A stretch of 63,782 nucleotides of DNA, filler included, from Octopus bimaculoides (lineage: Eukaryota), in assembly GCF_001194135.2 (NCBI RefSeq). It is 7 parts of 5 records of this genome, joined end to end, with 100 filler letters (N's around TTAATTAATTAA, not from the genome) between each part and the next. Parts side by side here need not be neighbours in the genome. Positions count along the whole stretch, not along the records: positions 1 to 10,772 come from NC_068983.1; positions 10,873 to 18,381 come from NC_068985.1; 5 more parts are not named here. One strand, written 5' to 3'. Positions 1-11,852 of the stretch are shown one piece after another. Made by a program: the position numbers and the translations under genes. Each line of letters opens with the position of its first letter. The stretch's first letter is position 1. The notes beneath the pieces are model-generated. The model did no database searches. It was not told the origin of the DNA and worked only from the letters and a program-made list of their open reading frames with translations.

Positions 1-8
1 TATATATC

Positions 9-325
9 TGACGCGTGGCTCAGTTGTTAGGTTATCTAGCTTACGATCGTGAGTTCGAATTACGGCAGCGCCTGGTGCTAGACGCTTTAGTTGACGTTGT
101 TCCAGTCCATTCAGAGCTGGCAAAAGTTATTTGTACCAGTAAGTCAAAAGATCAGCTTTGTCACATTCTGTGTCACGCCGAATCACCCTGAGAAATACGT
201 TAAAAGTACGCAAGTCAGTGGAGTGCTCAATCACTTGCACGTTATCTTCTTGAGCAGACTGTCGCGTTAATCGGATGAACTGGAACACTCGACATCATAA
301 TTGATCGAGTGCTGTTTATATTTAA
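9..325 (+). mobile_element. tRNA-derived SINE (family C)
   Basis: A-box-like TGGCTCAGTTG and B-box-like GAGTTCGAAT head. Similar CACGAT-containing heads occur at 11310 and 29982. No complete tRNA cloverleaf. Confidence 0.6.
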
Positions 326-450
326 CTATACTACGTTGTCTCCGTGCTACAAATTATTATTTTTGTGTAAATGATTACATACTAGAACGGAGCAATATAT
401 ACGGTATACTTAATCTATCTCTGATGTTGACAGATACCGCTTAACTATCA

Positions 451-617
451 TACTCTTTTACTCTTTTACTTGTTTCAGTCATTTGACTGCGGTTATGCTG
501 GAGAACTGCTTTTAGTCGAGAAAATCAACCCCAGGACTTATTCTTTGTAAGCCTACTACTTATGGGACTGAACCCGGAACCATGTGGTTGGTAAGCAAGC
601 TACTTACCACACAGCCA
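451..617 (-). mobile_element. tRNA-derived SINE (family A), internally deleted
   Basis: The 3' part TACTCTTTTACTTGTTTCAGTCATTTGACTGCGG matches 12772, 44725 and 62302. It is joined directly to the head GGGACTGAACCCGGAACCATGTGGTTGG...ACACAGCCA. The middle seen in copies at 19200 and 44725 is absent. Confidence 0.8.
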
Positions 618-1541
618 AATATTTTTTATCATTAGAGTCGCTGTTATGTTAGTCGTATTTAGAACTGTTTACAAGATGCCAACTGCAGCACCCATCCTGT
701 TTGGATATTTTGTAAATAGTATTTATATCGGATATATAATATCAACTTAAATCTGTGGCAAAACGCAAACGGTCACTAAATGTAATAACTTAAGTCTTTC
801 TTTATAGTTGAGTTCTGTACCTTATATTCAATCAAAATGTACTCAAACTATTATTTATAGCTAATGAAAAAATGATACGGAATAGATCTGATCTGTATTA
901 TATTCTTAATCCAGGAACACTCGCGAAAGGAACCTGAAGTTCAAACGTTCGTCTCGTTGCATTGCAAACATTAAAGTATATGTTACTTTCATTACTGTAT
1001 CTCAGTTGATGTTGTACATAACCATTTCCAGTTCGTTTCAAATGAGTTTTATTTGCGCAAATGATACATGAAACTACTGCAAAGAGTGGTTGTAACTGCT
1101 TATAGAAGATCAATGAGCTTTAATTCACGTCCATGAGCTTTTAGATTCTATATAGAGTCAAGACTAAATCGAGATCGTTTAAATCAGCGAGTGAAATATA
1201 TTGAAAATTAATGTCTTATTTCAAAATCGAAACCGCTGACTCTATTTTTACGAACTTCTGGAAAAATAAAACTTTCGTTGAACTTACTTGTCATGTGAAT
1301 TCCCATGTATAAACGCACACTATTATCTCTTCAAAGTATATGCATTTTCTGTGTCCTTCAGTCTCAGATTTGACAATGAATATTGAATGCAAATACACGT
1401 GCAGAAATATAAACATACACTAAATTAATTTAGACTAAGTAAATTATCAAACAAATCTTTTCACCAGTCAAATCTCTTGTCATGTTTCTTTGCATACATG
1501 TATACATATACATGTGTATATACATCTGTATTTACATACAT

Positions 1542-1589
<48 letters not shown>

Positions 1590-2706
1590 ATATATATATA
1601 NNNNNNNNNNNNNNNNNNNNNNNNNNNNNNNNNNNNNNNNNNNNNNNNNNNNNNNNNNNNNNNNNNNNNNNNNNNNNNNNNNNNNNNNNNNNNNNNNNNN
1701 NNNNNNNNNNNNNNNNNNNNNNNNNNNNNNNNNNNNNNNNNNNNNNNNNNNNNNNNNATATATATGTATATATATACATATATATATGTATGCATTTATG
1801 TATGCATACATACATACATAGCTGTGTATGTATATGTATGCACGTATATTGCTTTCAAACTTAATTGGCATTTTTTACTGACACATGCCAAATATTTGCA
1901 ATGCCGGAAGACATGTTGACTTGTTATCTTACATCTAAAACATAAAAAGCAGAAAACAGAAATTTTATGTATATTTGATTCTGTTGGTAAAGTAATATTA
2001 AACGTTAACTCTTTCGAGTCATTTAGTTACATTTTCAGTTCTACCACAGATTACACTATGTATTTTCTACCTCTTATTCGTAACATTCAGTCACAGTGCT
2101 TTATGATGACAGCACTCCAGCATGGCAGTATGGCCATAGACCTAATATCTAAACCATAGCAAATAACTAAAAATGGTTATATGCTATGTTGTCTGTATAA
2201 ATAAGAGAACAGTATATTCTGGGTAGTTTAACAAAGAAACTTAATCGTTCTTTAAGGAACATTAAAGAGATAAATTTTAACGACTTAGCAAATATATTCT
2301 TAGCGTAGATACAGGTGTATTCCAGACATTTCAAGTAGACTATATTAAAATGTTGTTCTCTCAATGATGGTTATAATAGACTTGGTCACTTTGAAGGCAT
2401 AGACATTAAATAATATTTTGGTGAAAGTAATGGAGTCAATTTATTGTACAAATATTTACTAATACTGAAAGCCAAACGCTAACACATATTACATAAGAGG
2501 TAAAACACACAGTCACATACATTGTAGCGCATCATTAACGTAAGACTTTTGTACGTTATTTCCTTACCACTATATGAATTGAAATTCTATGTGAATAGTG
2601 TTAATCACCTAAGCCTGTCACAGAAATATACAAACGCGTGAATGAACGTATATTCAACCGTATGAACAGACACATTATTTGTACTACACACACACAGACA
2701 CATATA

Positions 2707-3979
2707 TAAGGTCATGCCATCAGGTCTATCCGATTTTATCTTCTTTTAAAATTCAATAAAATTTAATAGTATTTTAGAATTTCTAATGGAATTGAAAATT
2801 ATTTTTATGCATTTGTATACATTTAAACTAATTACAGAATAATAGAATTAAAATACCTTTGATTAAAACCCTTTCTAACATGGAAGTATCCAAAGAGCAT
2901 TTGAGGTACATAATGCTTTATGAGCACAAAAAGGAAACTCTTCAGCCGAAGCGACTCGAAACATAAACTCTGGTTATAGGAAAGAATGCTTGAATGAAAG
3001 AACTTTTAAAAGATGGTTTTCAAAATTTAGAAGTGGAAATTTCGGCCTTGAAGAAGATCAAACAGGACTTCCAGTTGAGTTTGGTGATAAGCTCCTCGAG
3101 GCATTACGTGAAGAAAATCTTGCATTATCAGCTGCAAAATTGGCAATAAAGCTAAATTCAAACCATACAACTGTTCATCGCCATCTTCAACAATTTGGAA
3201 AGGTTCCTAAACTTGGAAAATGGTTGCCTCATGAACTGTCCGAAAGCAACCGCAAATCCCGAGTTGACATCTGTTCTTCTCTCCTTTCTAGCGAATTCAT
3301 TTCACAGTTTTTGGATAGACTTGTGACTGGTGACGAAAAATGGATCTTCTATCGAAATATTAAACGTCGTAAACAGTGGCTTCGTGAAAGGGAAAGAGTT
3401 CAACCACAGACGAGAAGGGAACTTCATTTAAAAAAGGCTCTTCTCTCTATCTGGTGGGACTGCAAAGGAGTAATTCACTTTGAATTATTACCACCTAATA
3501 CAGAAATCAATGCTCAAATCTACTGTCAGCAACTAGGGCGTTTGAACCAAGGTTTGAAGAATAAAAGGCACGCTTTAGTGAATCGAAAAGGAGTGATGTT
3601 TCGTCGGGACAATGTGCGACGCCATACTGCAAAAATCACATTACAGAAGATCGGAGAGCTTGGTTGCGAAAAAATTTCTTGTCCACCTTATTCTCTCGAC
3701 CTTGCTCCTTTAGACTACCATTTGTTTCGTAGTTTACAGAATTATTTGGGGGACATAACTTTTGCAAGCCAGGAGGACGTCGAAACTGACATTTCAGAGT
3801 CCTTCGCTTTGAAACCAAAAGAGTTTTACATTGTTGTGATTACAAAGCTTGTAAATAGATGGAAGGAAGTCATAGATAATCAGGGAAAATACACTGATGA
3901 TTAAATTTTAATTAAACATAACATTTGATCACTTGATTTCTTTATTCAAAATTCGGACAAAACTCATGTGATGACCTGA
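2707..3979 (+). mobile_element. mariner (Tc1/mariner, D,D34D) DNA transposon, full length ~1.27 kb
   Basis: Imperfect ~31-bp TIRs: TAAGGTCATGCCATCAGGTCTATCCGATTTT vs reverse complement of the right end TCAGGTCATCACATGAGTTTTGTCCGAATTT (~24/31). TA precedes the left end. It encloses a transposase ORF. Confidence 0.93.
2880..3904 (+). pseudogene. mariner transposase with one frameshift near codon 18
   Basis: ATG at 2880 gives MEVSKEHLRYIMLYEHKK. After a -1 shift at the A5 run (2928-2932) it continues GNSSAEATRNINSG...NERTFKRWF and is open to TAA at 3904. Motifs: WLPHEL, TGDEKW, RDNVRRH, YSLDLAPLDYHLF, with 34 residues between the 2nd and 3rd Asp. Confidence 0.9.
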
Positions 3980-4128
3980 GAAACGTACACATAAATATTT
4001 CTAAATGTTTATATGTGAATATAATATATACGTAAGCATATGTGTGTGTGTATGTATGTGTGTATGTGTGCGTACACATATGATGTTAAAAAGTGTGAGG
4101 AATTTTGTCGGATTTTTTGCGTTCGTTG

Positions 4129-4278
4129 CGCTAAAGGAACGCCAGTTAATTCGAATTACATAATCAGGTAAATCGATTGTAATTCAGGTTATACGGTCTG
4201 AGGTGAATGATCACTAAATTAATTACAAGAAATGTATAACTTCGTATGTAATTCGAAATAAATTACGTTCGTTTAGCG
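4129..4278. mobile_element. MITE-like 150-bp element with ~34-bp imperfect terminal inverted repeats
   Basis: CGCTAAAGGAACGCCAGTTAATTCGAATTACATA vs reverse complement CGCTAAACGAACGTAATTTATTTCGAATTACATA, with a perfect inner 13 bp. Confidence 0.55.
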
Positions 4279-5093
4279 AAGCATACGTGACACTGATTCC
4301 ACTACCTATTCCTATATTAACGTCATTAAAGCATACCTATTTGATATACAGGCCTTGGATATAATAAATTCAAGTTTCATAATTGACCATAGTGTGAGAA
4401 ATGATTGGTTAATTGTTAGTTGAAACATTCACCAATATTCGTATACTATATCAATCCGTTTCCTATATGAAGTTTTGCCGAGGTGATCAACTGGATTTTA
4501 CCTATTTATTCAATGAAGGTATGAGCGTGTATATATATGTGTGTAAAAGTAAAAGCTGACAATATCGTGATGTATCAAAATGTTCTTTTCTACAAATGTT
4601 TAAATAATTGTGCAGCCACATTGCAATTATAATTATGACCAGAACTATAATTATAATTATAATTACAATTATGTAGCATACAAGAACCGCATAAGCAAAG
4701 ACGTTTTCGAACAAGAAATACATATTTCAATCTCTTCAGCAAGGGTGAAAGTGTAGAAAGAACTACAAATAATACAGATAAAGTAAGTTTGAGAGGAATA
4801 TTATTAAATAATATATCGTTGAAAGATTAATGACTATGCATATTGAGTAGCATTTTGAATAACATCTTCATTCATTGTTAAAACGTTATATATGATAGTG
4901 GCTTAAACCAGTCGCAGTCAAAAACGCGAAATTAGTTTAGCTGTAAAATAAAATAAAAGACAAGATACTGAGATGCCAGGACATATAATACACACATTCA
5001 GTTATAGACATCCTTGTAGATACATATGGCTTGTTGTACATGCAAAAACGGTATGTCCATAGATTTAAACATACATATAAACAAATAGGTAGG

Positions 5094-5178
<85 letters not shown>

Positions 5179-5399
5179 AGGTAGATGGATAGATATACAC
5201 TGGACATTCACATATGTTTACATATATATACGTATATATACACATATATGTACATATATACGTATATGTATACACATATATATATGTGTGGGTTATATGT
5301 ATGTATATATACACACGAATGTTTGTATGCATGTATATATATACATATATATATGTATAGATACACACGAATGTATGTGTATATATTCACATACAAAAT

Positions 5400-5465
<66 letters not shown>

Positions 5466-6559
5466 NNNNNNNNNNNNNNNNNNNNNNNNNNNNNNNNNNN
5501 NNNNNNNGTGTGTGTGTGTGTGTGTGTGGTGTGGTTGTGTGTGTGTGTGTGTGCGTGTAGACACATACGTATCTACTACCTATATTTACGGGCTTATTTA
5601 CATTTCTACACATTTAAATACATGGTATTTAATATATCGTATTACGATATAATTATATTATATGAAATATGTTTTATTAATATGTTCATTGCCAATCTGT
5701 ATAATGACTTAATTCCAAAAGTAAAGGTATCTTAGATGCCATTAGCAATGTTGCAATTGATAAAATGGCATAATAAATAGTTAATACAACACAATACTCC
5801 ATAATATAAAGAAGCAGGCAATTTCACTTGTCAGATTAATGCTTAATATTGTAAACGTAATATTATTACAGCTGATAAGTTAGTATAAATATGCTATAAT
5901 TGATAAATCATCAGAGCCTATTTTCGAAAATTACGTATTTCTTTATATTTTTATTTCAATTTTATTTTGCGTTATTTTTATCCTTCATTTCATTCTTTCA
6001 GAGTTCCTCACTCCAGATTTCCTTTGAATTTTTAATATATATATGAGGCAATTAAAATTTTTAATTCATATTTCAAAACATCCTTGATGATACGATTGCA
6101 GCGTGCACCATTATTCTGAATATATACATATACTTTTTATTGTTTCAATGTTACGTAAGGATTATTGAAATAATTGTTGGAAAAAATATTTTGAAATACC
6201 ACTGATGTTCGTCGATATAGTTTTCCAAATTGTATTTTGCTTTGTTTATTTGTTGTAACCTACTCAGCAGTGTATGTCGATATGCATTTTACATACATAT
6301 TTTCGGCGTTTAGCGTGATATGATCTAAAACGTAGCTGTTTGAGATGTAAAACATCAGGTTATTTGTAATACTTATGCATCATACGATGAAAATATATAA
6401 ATACGAGTGTGCATGTTTCTAATTAAAATAGGAGAAATTTAGAATACATTATTTATCCTGTGTTACTACGGAAACGTTTTGATATTTTTGGTTTAAAAGG
6501 TTGCTTTATGAGCAAAAGCTTTTCCAGATACTTGCTTCCCTTTACAAACTTTGAACGAC

Positions 6560-7000
6560 AAAGGAACATGATGCTCATACCGCATCGGCTACGCCTCATT
6601 TACTCAATATCTTCTGATCTAAGTAGCTACTCTCATTTTCAGTGAGCCAAGACGTGCTTACCACCATGTGTACATCTTAGAAAAGTAAAACACCTTATTG
6701 CATATGTTGTTGCCAGACCTATTGAAATTCTCCGCTATATGTTTTTTGTTTTTTTTTTCTGCGGCAGAATTTTGTTCAATTCACATTCGTATTGGGCTCC
6801 TTCAGTCTCCAAATGTCACGGCCAAATTATGTGACAGTATGCCTGAAAATGTACCTGAAGGATGCATTGTTGAGAAAATCTTTATTTGAATTTTCCTGCA
6901 AATAAAACTGCTTGGTATTTCTCCTCTCCTTGTGGGTGCATCATAATCTACGTATCTTTGTCTTCATACACTAGCGATCCCAAGTCGAATGTCTAGTCAA
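6560..7000 (-). mobile_element. degraded RTE-like LINE reverse transcriptase C-terminal fragment
   Basis: Broken translation FDLGSLVYED...SFRYIFRHTVT*FGRDIWRLKE...TKFCRR resembles RTE F.YLGS...K.RIY...LLYGSETW.L...F.RRCLR. Many stops and frameshifts. Confidence 0.4.
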
Positions 7001-7215
7001 ATGTTATATTTCAGTTAATCCTTCACAATCTAGAATACTATTTCTGAATTCCTTCATTGAAATGAATATTTTTTTTCTTCATGACATGAAGCTTGTTGAA
7101 TATATTCCTATATTTATGAATCACAGGGTAAAGATTTACCTGAATAAATTCTAACTGGGACCCACCTGCAAGGACATGCGCTGTTTATGCTGTGCGCATA
7201 TAGTTGTGATGCATA

Positions 7216-7429
7216 ATGGTTTCAAATATTGCTACAAAGGCAGCCAGTTGGAGGGCGGGGATGAGTTAATTACATTGACCCCAGTGTTTCACTGGTACAT
7301 AATTTATCGACCCCGAAAGGATGAAAAGTAAAGTCGACCTCGATGGAATTTGAACTAAGAGCGTGAAGACGAACGAAATACCGCGAACCATTTTGCTCGG
7401 CATGCTAACGATTCTGCCAGCTCACCGCT
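7216..7429 (-). mobile_element. tRNA-derived SINE (family B, ~220 bp)
   Basis: The reverse complement starts GCGGTGAGCTGGCAGAATCGTTAGC and contains GTTCAAATTCC and TTTCATCCTTTCGGGGTCGATAAA. Colinear with 18930, 20461, 32504 and 63505. Confidence 0.88.
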
Positions 7430-7444
7430 TTTATGATGATGATG

Positions 7445-7516
<72 letters not shown>
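7430..7516. repeat. (GAT)n/(AAT)n microsatellite abutting the SINE head
   Basis: Direct reading. Confidence 0.97.
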
Positions 7517-9132
7517 TTCCGTAGCAATATCTATAGACGCAATATCATTAAGAGAGGCTCTAAACTTGTAATGTATCTATTGACATTAAATGACAATTAG
7601 GTTAGAATGCTTATTGCAATCAATACGCTAGCCACTGAATCTAAGAAACTAGCTTCAAAGAATGCAAAGTTCTTAGCTCGGGTAGATTCATTGCAGATTT
7701 TACAAGTAGAAATTGTTTCCGTGTATGAAGCGACGATACCTGCAGGGTGCCACACCAACCAGTTCAGGAAGATCAGTGTGAAGTAGAAATGGGCGAGTCC
7801 ACCCGGCCGATGAACTATTGCACTCTATGCAGAATGTAGCTATCGACTTCTCTAGGAAACACGTGTGTATATCCTTCGTACTCTGGAGAAGTCACACACA
7901 CCGACATGTAGACATCCGCACGCTCAGGCACACGCGCGCATACACACACATGTGTATATGTTCATAGAAATATAGAGCGATATATGTGAATTTGAAGCCC
8001 AACAACTGCAACTTGAAAGAATATTATTTTAAGGCGTTTTGTGTGATATTGACGTGATTATACGTGCAATACTTATGCATATCCTCTATCATTTTGCCCT
8101 AGCATTTACAAAGAAGTATGCAGCAGTGATTTCCCCAGATAGTTTGAGCTTCCTGTTGCTTTTGCGCATATATTGTATTATGTAAGCAGTGTTAAGCAGT
8201 CTTCAAACCACGTCCTATCTTTCCTCTCATCAATTTTATTTTGAATGATTGAAGATTTTTGGTGTTAGCCTGACATCAAGACTGACAAAGATTGATATTA
8301 AACCTATCTGATACTTTGCAATTCATTGGAGATACTTGACCTTTGCGCAGGCAAGTATGATCTTATGTTGCTATTTACATTTCTGCTTTTGGTACTGTGT
8401 AATTGTGTTTTTAGAAGATTTAGATTAAGTATAGAATAAAGATGAGGGGACATGGCTGAGGATGATTTTATCATTAAACTCAATTGCTTCCTTTTGGAAT
8501 TTTAGCATAATGATAATTTAAAGGATTCATTGACAAGTTATCGATTCGATAATGAGAGTTTTCATGCAATCGCCATAAATCTTTTCAAAACAGAGTTATG
8601 GCGTGCCAACTGAAATATGTAACAGGTGATTAACTTAACATATTCTTGTCAGATTTAACGTAACATCTCTATGCAAATTTCGCTACTTGATATGGAAAAT
8701 GGAATCAATGAAACTGAGTCATTATTATGATTTTCGCTATAGTTAATGCAATTCAAATCTGTGAAATATTAAACTAACTTTACTAGGAATTACTGCAGTT
8801 AAAACTTGTATAATTAGAGGACATTCACTAATGAAAGACGGAAGGTTTGATGAACACATTACATATACACCATAGACAATGAGCAATAATTATTTATTGA
8901 ATAATATTGGATAATACTGTGTCGTTGAATTGCCTCGGGTGGCCATGCAGTATCTGATATAAATACTGAACATTATCAGTACGGTATAGATACAAGATCC
9001 TATGAAATATTCAATACGTTTGGTTGAAATTATTCTCTTCAACTTTCAGCACAATAAGTATACTTCTTTTGTTAATTAGATGAGAATTTACCTTCATTTA
9101 CAAGCATGCTTTTCGGTATATGTTTATTGTTT

Positions 9133-9272
9133 AAGCCCAGTTCTTATTCTATTGATTATCCTTTGCCGAACCACCAATTTACAGGGACTTAAACATACCT
9201 ACACCTGTTTTCGAGCGGTAGTGGGAGACAAATACAGACACAAAGACACACACACATACACACACTCCGTCG

Positions 9273-9290
<18 letters not shown>
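9133..9290 (-). mobile_element. family A SINE, middle fragment running into a gap
   Basis: TTCTTATTCTATTG...GCCGAACC...CAGGGACTTAAAC...GAGCGGTAGTGGGAGACAAA matches the 19300-19390 and 44850-44930 regions. Confidence 0.65.
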
Positions 9291-9306
<16 letters not shown>

Positions 9307-9923
9307 TATANNNNNNNNNNNNNNNNNNNNNNNNNNNNNNNNNNNNNNNNNNNNNNNNNNNNNNNNNNNNNNNNNNNNNNNNNNNNNNNNNNNNNNNNNN
9401 NNNNNNNNNNNNNNNNNNNNNNNNNNNNNNNNNNNNNNNNNNNNNNNNNNNNNNNNNNNNNNNNNNNNNNNNNNNNNNNNNNNNNNNNNNNNNNNNNNNN
9501 NNNNNNNNNNNNNNNNNNNNNNNNNNNNNNNNNNNNNNNNNNNNNNNNNNNNNNNNNNNNNNNNNNNNNNNNNNNNNNNNNNNNNNNNNNNNNNNNNNNN
9601 NNNNNNNNNNNNNNNNNNNNNNNNNNNNNNNNNNNNNNNNNNNNNNNNNNNNNNNNNNNNNNNNNNNNNNNNNNNNNNNNNNNNNNNNNNNNNNNNNNNN
9701 NNNNNNNNNNNNNNNNNNNNNNNNNNNNNNNNNNNNNNNNNNNNNNNNNNNNNNNNNNNNNNNNNNNNNNNNNNNNNNNNNNNNNNNNNNNNNNNNNNNN
9801 NNNNNNNNNNNNNNNNNNNNNNNNNNNNNNNNNNNNNNNNNNNNNNNNNNNNNNNNNNNNNNNNNNNNNNNNNNNNNNNNNNNNNNNNNNNNNNNNNNNN
9901 NNNNNNNNNNNNNNNNNNNNNNN

Positions 9924-10450
9924 NGGGGAGACTAAGTTCTTTTGCGAATATGCAAGCTTCCTTGACATTAGAATGTAATTTTTTGCTGCTTTCGAGTTTG
10001 CACACAAGTCACAGCGTCCAGACCTCTGTACTGGATAAGTACCTGCTCATTGCTATTGTGGAGGTTTTGCAGCACAGTTCTACCTGTATCATTCCTCTTC
10101 CCCTATTACGTCTAGCTACGTACAGACGATCAACATCTGCTTTTGGGTAGTGCATGTATTTAGAAGTTAGTAGTCTTCTTGTCTTCCTGTCCAGGCGTTG
10201 GAGCATTGCAAGATTTCAGTTAATTATGTTAAAACTATATTGGTCTACTAGATATACCAGGGAGTTATTGACTTCGATGCTACTATTAGAGTTGAGTTTC
10301 GTTTTCTAGTTTGGATCTTCTTCTCCTGTAATATTATTTTCTTATTTTTGCTTTCATGGTATCATGTTGTATACCATCTCTTTCGTTTATCCTCAGATGT
10401 TTTTAATTATCTTGTGTGTCAAGCTTCTTAATGGTAGCTGTTTGCGTGAG
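9924..10450 (-). mobile_element. degraded R4/Dong-like (RLE-type) non-LTR retrotransposon, RT C-terminal part
   Basis: KHLRINERDGIQHDTMKAKIRK*YYRR...KTKLNS...LDRKTRRLLTSKYMHYPKADVDRLYVARRNRGRGMIQ, typical of the post-RT region of R4-clade elements. Stops and frameshifts present. Confidence 0.8.
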
Positions 10451-10458
10451 CTTGCATC

Positions 10459-10480
10459 TTTATTATTATTATTATTATTA

Positions 10481-10518
<38 letters not shown>

Positions 10519-10772
10519 ATTATTATTATTATTCAGTAGTTTTATTTTTATAACGTGCTTTCACTTCACTACCGAGCGCAGCTCTGTGCGCCTTGGGTAT
10601 GTGCTGTGGTTTGCTGTGGTGCTCTTATGTTTACTGTATTGAAAGTGTTTTGCGTAGAATGTGTGCAGTACCCAGTAGTGCAATTTTCTGTATGTTATAT
10701 GTATTTGTAAGTCCTGGTGTTTTTGTTATGTATTTGTCTGAATATTTTTTTTCTTATACCTAAGGCACCTAC
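10459..10772 (-). mobile_element. 3' end of an R4/Dong-like retrotransposon: RLE C-terminus, 3'UTR and (TAA)n tail
   Basis: Uninterrupted VGALGIRKKYSDKYITKTPGLTNTYNIQKIALLGTAHILRKTLSIQ* (10772-10631), a ~100-bp UTR, then a (TAA)n tract at 10459-10533. Cut by a gap on the 5' side. Confidence 0.85.
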
Positions 10773-10872
10773 NNNNNNNNNNNNNNNNNNNNNNNNNNNN
10801 NNNNNNNNNNNNNNNNTTAATTAATTAANNNNNNNNNNNNNNNNNNNNNNNNNNNNNNNNNNNNNNNNNNNN
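10773..10872. other. artificial ~100-bp gap linker (N run, TTAATTAATTAA, N run); also near 18426, 23261, 47933, 55232 and 62246
   Basis: The same 12-mer, with stops in all six frames, is centred in six gaps of about equal length. Confidence 0.95.
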
Positions 10873-11309
10873 TATATATATATATATATATACATACATA
10901 CATATATATATACATACATACATACATACATACATACATACATACATACATGTCATACACGCATACGTCAACACGCACACACACACACACACACACAAAC
11001 ATGCACATTTATCTATTTCTCTGCATTCTTCTGCTTCCATCTTTTTCTCCTTACTATTATCGTTTGTTATTGTGCCCTTTGTTCTATATCCTCTGCTCTC
11101 TGTCTGTTTCTCTCTCTATCTCTATCTCTCTCTCTATCTATCTATCTATCTATCTCTGTCTCTCCACACCCACACACGTACATACACACATGTATGTATG
11201 CATATGTGTGTGCCTGCATATGTATGTGTGAATAAGTGTGTTTGTTTGTTCATAAATACCTATATATATATATATACATAAGCCACCCCAACAACGAAGA
11301 CCATAGGAA

Positions 11310-11400
11310 GAGGATCAATAGCTAAGGTGTTGGACACACGATCATACATATGATCGTGGGTTCGAGTTAGGGACATGGTTTTTTCCTACCAGCTGTCATA
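11310..11400 (+). mobile_element. tRNA-like SINE head (family C-like)
   Basis: TAGCTAAGGTGTTGGACACACGATC...GATCGTGGGTTCGAG; A/B-box-like and similar to 29982. Confidence 0.45.
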
Positions 11401-11538
11401 TTTTCGATGTTCGGCTGGGTCGAAAGGTAAAACGGCTGTGGTGGGGGCCTGTGTCTGTTCGCGAACCACACGGCCTCCTAAAACATTTTGCCAAAGCTTC
11501 CGTGCATACTATCACGTGGTTTGTATGTGCGATACACT

Positions 11539-11628
<90 letters not shown>

Positions 11629-11629
11629 A

Positions 11630-11852
11630 TTAATCCGCCCTCCACAAAAAAAAAACGGAGAAAAAAACACAAGAAAAAACAACAACGCGAGGACGCGGTA
11701 CATGCAAAGTATTAATAAGACGCTCAGGGAAGGAAAGAAAGGGTATTTTACGTTTCGAGCAAAGCTCTTCTTCAGAAACAGAGGAAAGTCCAAAAGAAAA
11801 GGAAGACGGAGAAAAAAAACCCGGCAACAATCCACATGTAGTTACATATATA
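11630..11852 (-). mobile_element. ~220-bp (TA)n-embedded repeat carrying a hammerhead motif (Penelope pLTR-like or retrozyme-like)
   Basis: The reverse complement is colinear with 37073-37262 (ATGTAACyACATGTG...CTCCGTCTTCC...TTGGA..TTCCTCTGTTTC.GAAGAAGAGC...). Both copies are flanked by TA runs. Confidence 0.75.
11744..11780 (-). ncRNA. minimal type I hammerhead ribozyme motif
   Basis: RNA reads UGUUU-CUGAAGA-A-GAGC(UUU)GCUC-GAAA-C-GUA-AAAUA. Core intact, 4-bp stem II, palindromic ACGU stem III, stem I UGUUU/AAAUA. Activity untested. Confidence 0.7.

Noticed and set aside
9-70. tRNA genes at SINE heads (also 11310, 18745, 29982, 53770)
   Set aside because: Only A/B-box-like parts are present, without a complete cloverleaf, and most continue into repeat sequence.
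4690-4745. Hammerhead-like CTGAAGAG...TCGAAAACGTC on the minus strand
   Set aside because: There is an extra A in the core junction and stem I cannot pair, so it is at best a dead relic.
8000-8620. Possible decayed LINE RT on the minus strand (VKYL-like)
   Set aside because: Motif matches are too weak and broken to support.
10817-10828. TTAATTAATTAA recurring six times, like a conserved motif
   Set aside because: It is always centred in ~100-bp N gaps and has stops in all six frames, so it is an assembly linker and not biology.
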